Of a stretch of DNA of 11,091 bases, positions 5,159 to 11,091 are shown in pieces (positions within the stretch are counted from its first letter, which is position 1; every line of letters starts with the position of its first letter). Source of the DNA: a virus. The stretch lies in UHGV virus genome UHGV-0030812; one strand, written 5' to 3'. The notes under the pieces were generated by a model that saw nothing but the letters and a program-made list of their open reading frames with translations, was not told the DNA's origin and made no database searches. Made by a program: the position numbers and the translations under genes.

Positions 5159-6913
5159 TTATAAAAACGCGTCGCACTCGTCTGTTGTTATTGCGTTAGT
5201 CTGCGTTACTCCCTTAACTTTCCGCGTAATATATTCATGTCCGTAAACTTTCGCGGCTGGCTTCATAGCCTTGCCAAAGTCATTTACGTTTAGCGGTTTG
5301 CTCCTGCCTGCGTACGCCATAAACGCCAGATAGACGCGGTAAAGACTGTTTCTGGTCGTGTACTTCACTGAATCGCCACCGCCGCCCATCATCAGGCCGC
5401 GTGCTTCCTCCAGAAAATTCAGGAACTGGCAAAACTCAATAACCGGATCCGTCTGTTGCTTTATTGCCAGAGCTTCATCACCGTCACGCTGTTCCAGTAG
5501 TAAAGCCCTCGCCTTCTCAGGGTCGGTAAAGTTCGCCAGCAATCGGCGGATAATGACAGGGATTTCAGCCGCGATCTTTTCCGGTAGCTCCCTGTCTTTT
5601 TCGGCCTCACTGACGATATTGTCGAAACGGAAAATCACGCGACGACGTGCCACACCTCCGGCCCGTTCGGTGAATATCATCGGGTTATTGTTGGTCGCCA
5701 GCACCACCGCCCTGATTACAGCCGTGAAACGCTTTTCGTATTTCGGGTTAATTTCCACGGGGTCACCGCCCGTGATTTTCTTGATGCCCGTTCCTTCGCC
5801 TGTATATTTCGGCTGGTCAGCCAGGACGATAAGACGACTCCCGACAACCTGCGCACGTCCACCAGCATCATCAAGCGATGTCATTTCAGCGCTTACCGTG
5901 TTCTGTTTCCCTGCCAGAAGGCTGGCTATGTGTGTGAATGTACTTTTACCGCTCCCGCCGTCTCCGGTGGCCTCAATAAACATCTGCCAGTCGTACCGGT
6001 TCGCCATAATCATGTACAGCGCGGCACATATACGCATCATCTTGCGCGGGTCTTTTCCGGCTGCGTGCTCAAGCCATTTATGAAAGTTTGGCGCGTTATC
6101 GCGGATGTTCTCCCCTGGTGCTGGTGGCGTGTACTCAATGCCGTTGTGCGTGGTGATCCAGTTCTCCGGCGTGTGCGGGGAAAATTCCCCCGTTTTCAGG
6201 TCAAGCGCACCATTGGCGAACGGCAACAAATCGCCGGACGGCTCGCCCATTGGTTCGGCAATAACTTTTAACGCTTCCACGGCGTTATTGATTACGCGCT
6301 TGCTGAAAGTGGCCCTGTGCTCTGAATAGATCGCCACCATTTCGCGGCTAAGTTCCATTGTGCTGACCGGACACCATACCCCGCCGCGCCATACGTGAAC
6401 GATTTCACTTTCAGGATGTACGCAAACGCCATCAAAGCGATCGGCAAGCAGCTGCGCGCGCTCACTGTCCGCCATCTGCGAAAGTTGCGCCTTTTGCTTT
6501 ACCGGAAGCTCAATGACCAGACCATCAGAAAGATTCTGGCGCTCACGGGCCAGATATTCGCGCCAGTTCTCCACCTTCTGACCGTGCATACCATCAGGGT
6601 AAAAATTTGCATCCTGTACGCCTGCCGCCGCCAGCTTCTGACCAATCGCCTTTATCATTACTGGCGCAAGATATCCGGCCCTGAATATGCGCACGGATTT
6701 TCTGCCTTCCGGCACAATTTGCAGCTTATCCAGTTCGGATAACTGCTGCTCCCCAAGCCACACAGGAGGCTCATTATCTCCGGCCATACGCGCGTCATGT
6801 TCCTGCCATTGTTTTGCGTGTGACCAGGCATCACTACCCGCAAAAATAATGACTTCTGTTTCTTTGTGTTTTATGCCGCGTGACTGCTGTTTTACGTTCG
6901 GTGCCAGTTTCAT
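5159..6913 (-). CDS. Replication initiator: primase fused to a P4-alpha / D5-type SF3 helicase domain (Pri-Rep)
   Basis: 584 aa; Walker A GDGGSGKST and downstream LIVLAD-type Walker B in the C-terminal half. Size and layout typical of P4-family/PICI primase-helicases. ATG overlaps the upstream stop (ATGA). Confidence 0.85.
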   Translation of the reverse strand: MKLAPNVKQQSRGIKHKETEVIIFAGSDAWSHAKQWQEHDARMAGDNEPPVWLGEQQLSELDKLQIVPEGRKSVRIFRAGYLAPVMIKAIGQKLAAAGVQDANFYPDGMHGQKVENWREYLARERQNLSDGLVIELPVKQKAQLSQMADSERAQLLADRFDGVCVHPESEIVHVWRGGVWCPVSTMELSREMVAIYSEHRATFSKRVINNAVEALKVIAEPMGEPSGDLLPFANGALDLKTGEFSPHTPENWITTHNGIEYTPPAPGENIRDNAPNFHKWLEHAAGKDPRKMMRICAALYMIMANRYDWQMFIEATGDGGSGKSTFTHIASLLAGKQNTVSAEMTSLDDAGGRAQVVGSRLIVLADQPKYTGEGTGIKKITGGDPVEINPKYEKRFTAVIRAVVLATNNNPMIFTERAGGVARRRVIFRFDNIVSEAEKDRELPEKIAAEIPVIIRRLLANFTDPEKARALLLEQRDGDEALAIKQQTDPVIEFCQFLNFLEEARGLMMGGGGDSVKYTTRNSLYRVYLAFMAYAGRSKPLNVNDFGKAMKPAAKVYGHEYITRKVKGVTQTNAITTDECDAFL

Positions 6914-7209
6914 TTTTTACCCCTGAATCCGTTAATCATGGTTTTCAGCTTCTGGATGTTTGCCCGTGCCCTGGCGTTGCTGGTGGGCACGTTATGCGGC
7001 GCGGTCTGTACCAGAGAAAAATCACGCCGGAACTGATAAACAGGCATCACGCAATCATATTCGTAACCTTCACGGCGGTAGGTTACGCGCCGTTCTTCCA
7101 CGCCCTTAATCATTACCGTGCCGCCGTACTGGTCGCGGTAAATATCGCCGCGCGTAAATTTAGGGTGAGTGTTGCCACTGGCAGTTAAGCCAGAATATTT
7201 AAGTTTCAT
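6910..7209 (-). CDS. Hypothetical protein, 99 aa, translationally coupled to the primase gene
   Basis: ATG at 7209-7207 with GGAGAA Shine-Dalgarno; stop overlaps the primase ATG. No family recognised. Confidence 0.55.
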   Translation of the reverse strand: MKLKYSGLTASGNTHPKFTRGDIYRDQYGGTVMIKGVEERRVTYRREGYEYDCVMPVYQFRRDFSLVQTAPHNVPTSNARARANIQKLKTMINGFRGKK

Positions 7210-7279
7210 TATTTTTATTCTCCGGTGTGCTGTTCTTTATATCTGTCGTGCAATAGATCTATTTCTTGCAGTTCCATTA

Positions 7280-7417
7280 TTACAGGCTCAATTTTTGTTT
7301 GTCGCGTTCATTGTCGCCAAGTGTTTCAAGCCATATGCGTAATATTTCCATCATGCTTTCACTGTGAGAAAGTGCAAGAAATGCGCGGTCTATTGTTTCA
7401 AGGTAAATATCACGCAT
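7280..7417 (-). CDS. Small ORF, 45 aa (MRDIYLETIDRAFLALSHSESMMEILRIWLETLGDNERDKQKLSL), absent from the ORF track
   Basis: ATG at 7417-7415 lies 1 nt after the orf73 stop, with GGGGA 5 nt upstream; TAA at 7282-7280. Hand-translated; fills an otherwise empty 200-bp gap in a tightly packed operon. Confidence 0.35.
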   Translation of the reverse strand: MRDIYLETIDRAFLALSHSESMMEILRIWLETLGDNERDKQKLSL

Positions 7418-7418
7418 A

Positions 7419-7640
7419 TTAATCCCCGTCCGTCGTTTTTCTTAAAATAACCTCTGTCACGAAATCAGCATAATCGGCGACGATATTCAGTACATCAAGC
7501 CCCGTTGATTTATATTCTCTCGTGGAAAGTAAGAAAAAAGCCGCTCTAATAAGCTCTGGCATTGACGAAAGCGCATCAGCCGCATCATCAGGAACGCCGG
7601 AAAATTCCTGTTTCAGGGAATTAAAACGATCATCACGCAT
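7419..7640 (-). CDS. Hypothetical protein, 73 aa (or the C-terminal part of a frameshifted longer protein)
   Basis: ATG at 7640-7638 directly after the G9 tract, which could act as its Shine-Dalgarno. No family recognised. Confidence 0.5.
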   Translation of the reverse strand: MRDDRFNSLKQEFSGVPDDAADALSSMPELIRAAFFLLSTREYKSTGLDVLNIVADYADFVTEVILRKTTDGD

Positions 7641-7873
7641 AACCCCCCCCCATTTTCACAATCAGCAATCAGGATGGCTTTAGCCTCATTCAGCGCCATA
7701 TCCGCACTAAGTTGCATAACCGCCAGCGAATGAGGAACGAAAGCCCCTGCATATTCTGTTTCACTGGTGGCGTGCTTATGCGCCATGTCAGCAATAACAG
7801 AAATATCAATAAGCGCGTGCATCAGCGTAGTGAGCGCGGCGGCTGCTGCGTCCGGTGTGGTTTTATTGCACAT
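7613..7873 (-). CDS. Hypothetical protein, 86 aa from the ATG with the AGGAGG Shine-Dalgarno
   Basis: AGGAGG sits 7 nt upstream of the ATG at 7873-7871, so the ORF-track start at 7915 is probably too long. The ATG overlaps the end of the Icd-like gene. Ends ENGGG LCVMIVLIP* right after the G9 tract. Confidence 0.5.
   Translation of the reverse strand: MCNKTTPDAAAAALTTLMHALIDISVIADMAHKHATSETEYAGAFVPHSLAVMQLSADMALNEAKAILIADCENGGGLCVMIVLIP
7643..7651. repeat. Homopolymer C9 (G9 on the coding strand) at the orf86/orf73 junction
   Basis: Read directly; the two ORFs overlap across it in different frames. Confidence 0.9.
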
Positions 7874-8063
7874 GGCACACCTCCTGACGAATACGGGCGG
7901 CGAATACAGCAACACAACCGGACGGGCAACGGCTACGCGCTTCGCGTTCCGTCCAGGCGGTTACGTGGATGATTTGAGATTCTCCGGCACTTAGTGCCAG
8001 AAAACGCCACACAAAGGCAGTTTGTGTGTGCGCCAGACGTGGGGTATGCTGTGTTCCAGCCAT
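7863..8063 (-). CDS. Small protein (66 aa) resembling the Icd-like family of P4-type elements; first gene of the leftward replication operon
   Basis: ATG at 8063-8061 with AGGAG 7 nt upstream. Sequence MAGTQHTPRLAHTQTAFVWRFLALS...TEREARSRCP...FAARIRQE matches my recollection of Icd-like proteins (unverified). The ORF track shows it only as the tail of an implausible 378-aa read-through ORF. Confidence 0.5.
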   Translation of the reverse strand: MAGTQHTPRLAHTQTAFVWRFLALSAGESQIIHVTAWTEREARSRCPSGCVAVFAARIRQEVCHVQ

Positions 8064-8151
8064 AATCGTTACTCCTGTTAACGGTTTGGTTAGACGCCCC
8101 GCTACTGCCGCAAACAGTTCGGGGCGTTGTCGTTTACATCCTCTTACTGAG

Positions 8152-8228
8152 GTGTGATTTAAATTAAATTCAACTGAATCACAGGTCAAGTGTTTTTTGT
8201 GATTCTTTTTTGTGTATACTGAATCACA
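8152..8228. promoter_or_regulatory. Divergent promoter/operator region with two inverted-repeat sites: TGTGATT-N15-TGAATCACA (8153-8183) and TGTGATTC-N14-TGAATCACA (8198-8228)
   Basis: Repeats read directly. They lie between the leftward operon (start 8063) and the rightward RHH gene (start 8251). The second site overlaps a TATACT -10 candidate (8215-8220). Confidence 0.5.
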
Positions 8229-8250
8229 TCTTTTGTTTAGGAGAATGCAC

Positions 8251-8556
8251 ATGGCAAAAAACACTATCAACGACAAATCAAAACAGATTTCAATTCGTAT
8301 CCCACATGATGCTTTTGATGGCATGGAATCCGTAAAACTGGACGGCGAAAGCAACGCCGGATTCATAGTAACCGCCATGCGCGGGGAGATCGCCCGCCGC
8401 CAGGCAGAAGGAAGCAGTGAAAATCCTCTGATTTCTTCTCTCGATGCATTGGCGCAAGTGGAAAAAATTGGTATTAAAGCTACGGAAGAACTCGGGCAAC
8501 TTATCGCCATCGCTCGTGAAGAACTACAGCGCCGCAAGGCCAAAGAATCAGAATAA
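8251..8556 (+). CDS. Ribbon-helix-helix (CopG/Arc-type) DNA-binding protein; candidate repressor of the element
   Basis: 101 aa from the ATG at 8251, with GGAGA 7 nt upstream (the ORF-track GTG start at 8212 is probably too long). N-terminal KQISIRIPHDAFDGMESV...AGFIVTAMRGEIARR fits a beta-strand/helix/helix RHH fold. Divergent from the replication operon. Confidence 0.6.
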   Translation: MAKNTINDKSKQISIRIPHDAFDGMESVKLDGESNAGFIVTAMRGEIARRQAEGSSENPLISSLDALAQVEKIGIKATEELGQLIAIAREELQRRKAKESE

Positions 8557-8598
8557 TCACTATCAGCGCCGTGGTGTGAGGTATTACGGCGCATTGCT

Positions 8599-8787
8599 AT
8601 GCAGGACAACACAATGACCGATAAAGAATTGACCAAAACATTATCACCGGCACGGAAAAGACGGCGCAGAAAGATAGAGCATGAATCAGAAAGATTCGCG
8701 CCATGTGCTTTTGCCCTTGAGCAATTCCTTAAAGAATACAGGGAAAAGCGCTCATTGCAGGTATGGCAACGAACTGAACCAGACTGA
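8599..8787 (+). CDS. Hypothetical small basic protein, 62 aa (KRRRRK motif)
   Basis: ORF downstream of the RHH gene, ending before the 8883-8910 terminator. No convincing Shine-Dalgarno, so weakly supported. Confidence 0.3.
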   Translation: MQDNTMTDKELTKTLSPARKRRRRKIEHESERFAPCAFALEQFLKEYREKRSLQVWQRTEPD

Positions 8788-8882
8788 TTGCATTGCCCAC
8801 CAGCCTGATAGCGGCTATCATCCCCGTGCTTATGTTTGGGATCACACACACAAACGGCGCAGCGGGTTATCTGTTCAGAAAG

Positions 8883-8910
8883 GCGGCTCCATTTCGGGGC
8901 CGCTTTTTTT
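8883..8910 (+). terminator. Rho-independent terminator for the rightward RHH transcript
   Basis: GCGGCTCC-atttc-GGGGCCGC (8-bp stem, one G-U pair) followed by T7. Confidence 0.7.
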
Positions 8911-9056
8911 ATGCCTGAAAAACCCCAATTTTGTGGTTTTCCAGTCTCACCAGGGCGAACGAATCCCCGCCCACGTTCTGGCGTATATTCAATCTTCATG
9001 GTTATAGCTCTGTGTTCAGATGATTGATGTGTGGCGGCTGCGTGCCGCCAGCGTGA

Positions 9057-9245
9057 TTAATGAACTGCCTTGCAGCTATCCTTCCAGGCCAGAACCTCGG
9101 ATAAAGACCAGCCAACGGAACGACCGCTAAGTTTACGACGTGATGGGAATTGTCCGGCCTTTTCCAGGCGGTAGCGGCATGAGCGGCTAAGGCCTGTTAG
9201 CTTTTCGCATTCTTTTTCACGTATAAACCGATCAGTGCTTAACAC
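9057..9245 (-). CDS. alpA: AlpA-family transcriptional regulator (phage/satellite excisionase-like HTH)
   Basis: 62 aa, GTG start with AAGGGGG Shine-Dalgarno. LTGLSRSCRYRLEKAGQFPSRRKLSGRSVGWSLSEVLAW is the canonical AlpA pattern. Immediately upstream of int on the same strand. Confidence 0.85.
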   Translation of the reverse strand: MLSTDRFIREKECEKLTGLSRSCRYRLEKAGQFPSRRKLSGRSVGWSLSEVLAWKDSCKAVH

Positions 9246-9609
9246 TATTGCCCCCTTTCGTTTCTTAAAGAGTCATCAGGTGTCTTATTGTGTCGTATTG
9301 TTCCCGCTAGAGTGATGAATGGCAAATATTGAGGATGTATGATTTACAGAAAATGAAACAGTAAGAATAAAATCTTTTAAATTCATGTTAATACAAAGGC
9401 ATAAAATATTGTTTCATGCCTTTTTTCTCGCTATTTAAAGAGTGATTCGCTAGTGTATAAAAAACCAGTAACACATTAAAAATCAGCTACTTATAAATCC
9501 GTACACTTTTTCGCCTCTTGTTCGTAGTTGTTCCGCATTGTTGCTCATTGTTGCACGTTGTATCTGTTCGCATATCCAGTATGCGCATACTGAAAAAACA
9601 CGAAAAAAA

Positions 9610-10839
9610 TTATTTTCTTCTGGCTACTGGTAGCGTGGTTACGTTTTCATGTGTTCCCGCCAGTATCCCTAACCGCTCCGTCCACATATCCAGCGCATTG
9701 CGTTTAGCATCCAGATAACGGGAATGATTATAAACTCGCTGCATTCCTGGCATCTGGTGGCCTGTAAGCTGCTCCACGACATGCGGATCAACGCCTAAAT
9801 CGTTCAGCATGGTTGTAAAGGTGCGCCGGATGTCATGCAGTGACCAGTGAGGATGATTAAGCCTCCTGTGCGCTAATCTTCCATACTGCGATACGCTGGC
9901 CTCCTGTTTCACTTCCCCCAGCAATAAGCCCGTGTGCCTGTTCTGCTCCACCAGCTGCGTGACGAACGGCAGGATCGCTTCCGGTATGGGCCGGAATATT
10001 GCGACCTTCGTTTTGCTGTGCTCCTTCGGAACGGTCCATAGCATTTCCGTAAAATCCCACTCCCCGATCTCCGATAACCTCAGTTCTACCGTTCTGGCTC
10101 CGAAGACAATCAGGAGGCGGATTAACGCGACGTAGTAAGGGGAGAATATTTTTTTGTCCAGTGCCTGCAATAATTCGCCAAGTTCTTTGTTACTTAAGAC
10201 ACGTTCGCTTATATCCGGTTTTTTCCCAACGTCCGCCACGTTCAGATCGTCCAGAACGTTGCTGATTGCATAGCGCCGCCTACGGCAGAACTTAAGCGCC
10301 TGTTTGCACGCCTGTAGCACGAATCCGGCAGTAACAGGCGTTCGCTTTGCCACCTGGTCAAAACAGGCCAGCCAGTGCCGTAGCTCGCATTTATCCAGCG
10401 GCATAGCACCAATCTGCTGTATTACGTGATTATTAAGTCGCCTTTTCAGGGCGATATAATCCACGCGGTTTTCCTTTACGTAATACTCAAGCCAGTAGGT
10501 GAGCGCATCGCCAACCGTTACGGGCTTTAACGCTTCCTGTACGGTGTAATTCATCTCATGACGTGGATTTTTCCCCTCAGCCAGCCATGTGCGACACTGT
10601 GCGGCTTTTTCCCTGGCTGCTTTCAGGCTCAGATCAGGATAACTTCCCAGCTTAATGCGTTCGGGTCGTGTCTCCCTTCCCGTTCCGGCCCTGTATGTGA
10701 AATACCAGGTCAATTTCCCTGATGTTAAATATTTCACGCTCAGGTTTCCGCCATCACTATAAAACGTGTTTTTCTCCGCTGGCTTACCATGAAGTTTCCT
10801 TAGCAAGGTATCGCTCAGTTTGTTCATTGCTCTGCTCAC
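9610..10839 (-). CDS. int: Tyrosine recombinase, P4-type integrase
   Basis: 409 aa. Catalytic signature: R in ARTVELR, HDIRRTF (H-x-x-R), GHQMPGMQRVYNHSRY (H and Y nucleophile); N-terminal arm-binding-type domain. Start may be GTG at 10839 (AGAGGGGG upstream) or ATG at 10827. Confidence 0.9.
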   Translation of the reverse strand: MSRAMNKLSDTLLRKLHGKPAEKNTFYSDGGNLSVKYLTSGKLTWYFTYRAGTGRETRPERIKLGSYPDLSLKAAREKAAQCRTWLAEGKNPRHEMNYTVQEALKPVTVGDALTYWLEYYVKENRVDYIALKRRLNNHVIQQIGAMPLDKCELRHWLACFDQVAKRTPVTAGFVLQACKQALKFCRRRRYAISNVLDDLNVADVGKKPDISERVLSNKELGELLQALDKKIFSPYYVALIRLLIVFGARTVELRLSEIGEWDFTEMLWTVPKEHSKTKVAIFRPIPEAILPFVTQLVEQNRHTGLLLGEVKQEASVSQYGRLAHRRLNHPHWSLHDIRRTFTTMLNDLGVDPHVVEQLTGHQMPGMQRVYNHSRYLDAKRNALDMWTERLGILAGTHENVTTLPVARRK

Positions 10840-10864
10840 GTTTTACCCCCTCTTTACGAAAAAG

Positions 10865-10887
10865 TGACTACACCAGTGACTACACCG
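10865..10887 (+). repeat. Right copy of the 23-bp direct repeat TGACTACACCAGTGACTACACCG, about 25 bp upstream of the int start
   Basis: Identical to 152-174; followed by GAAACAAG / GGAACAAG motifs as at the left copy. Confidence 0.7.
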
Positions 10888-11091
10888 ATCGTTGCACAAA
10901 GGGCTACAACGTGAAACAAGCTGGAACAAGGAAAATCACAAATCTGTTGATAATCAAAAACATAATGCACAGCCTGAAACATTATGAAACAGCAAAAAAC
11001 ACTAAATGATAAAATGCTGTTATTCTTAACCCGCTGGTGCAACACATGGTCCGCTGGCGAGTGCCGCGTGTACTGGCGGTGTCGATTTTGA

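Noticed and set aside
5358-6742. Plus-strand ORFs of 241, 113, 74 and 115 aa inside the primase/helicase gene
   Set aside because: Antisense to a well-supported 584-aa gene, with no ribosome-binding sites and biased Ser/Arg/Ala/Pro composition typical of GC-rich antisense frames.
8251-8787. RHH antitoxin plus downstream toxin (type II TA pair)
   Set aside because: The downstream 62-aa ORF has no toxin-like features and no convincing translation start. The divergent-operator context fits a repressor better.
7863-8999. 378-aa minus-strand ORF from the ORF track
   Set aside because: Cys/Ser/Arg-rich low-complexity translation that runs antisense through the RHH gene and across a plus-strand terminator. 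Only its last 66 codons (7863-8063), which have their own AGGAG and ATG, look like a real gene.
9032-9050. Hairpin TGGCGGC-tgcgt-GCCGCCA just downstream of alpA as an intrinsic terminator
   Set aside because: Good 7-bp stem but no U-tract on either strand, so not called a terminator.
9398-9426. Hairpin GGCAT-(13 nt)-ATGCC followed by T6 as a terminator between int and alpA
   Set aside because: Stem only 5 bp with a large loop, and the T-tract is on the plus strand where no gene is transcribed.
10890-11091. tRNA gene / att core next to int
   Set aside because: No cloverleaf-compatible sequence (no GTTCGA-type T-arm, no CCA-proximal acceptor stem) seen on either strand. The 63-aa minus ORF at 10854-11045 is low-complexity and probably spurious.
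1-11091. Canonical anti-phage defence cargo (restriction-modification, Abi, retron, CBASS, toxin-antitoxin enzymes)
   Set aside because: No ORF has nuclease, methyltransferase, reverse transcriptase, cyclase or large ATPase motifs; the only Walker-A protein is the primase/helicase. Any interference function here would have to come from the capsid/packaging homologues or the small unknown ORFs.

Overview
The window reads as an almost complete, compact (~10.8 kb, roughly 90-10,900) integrated phage satellite of the enterobacterial PICI / P4-like kind, bounded by a flanking-gene fragment at 1-87 and a possible gene start at 11,057-11,091. Nearly all genes are on the minus strand, in three units separated by intrinsic terminators: (i) int and alpA at the right end; (ii) a replication unit with an Icd-like small protein, four small unknown ORFs, a 584-aa primase/helicase, an iteron-type origin, a 91-aa ORF and an SSB homologue; (iii) a morphogenesis unit with homologues of lambda major capsid protein E and decoration protein D between two unknown ORFs, followed by a lambda Nu1-like small terminase gene. 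A divergent ribbon-helix-helix regulator lies between alpA and the replication unit. The most unusual features are two lambda-type cos sites (cosN core GGGCGGCGACCT) in inverted orientation bracketing the Nu1-like gene, and capsid/decoration homologues in an element with no portal, protease, scaffold or large terminase. Also notable are operator-like palindromes, a G9 homopolymer at a gene junction, and 23-bp direct repeats near both ends. I found no canonical defence system (no RM, CRISPR or Abi-type enzymes); the candidate new biology is in packaging/capsid hijacking and the small-ORF cluster. All homology statements come from reading translations against remembered sequences; no database search was run.
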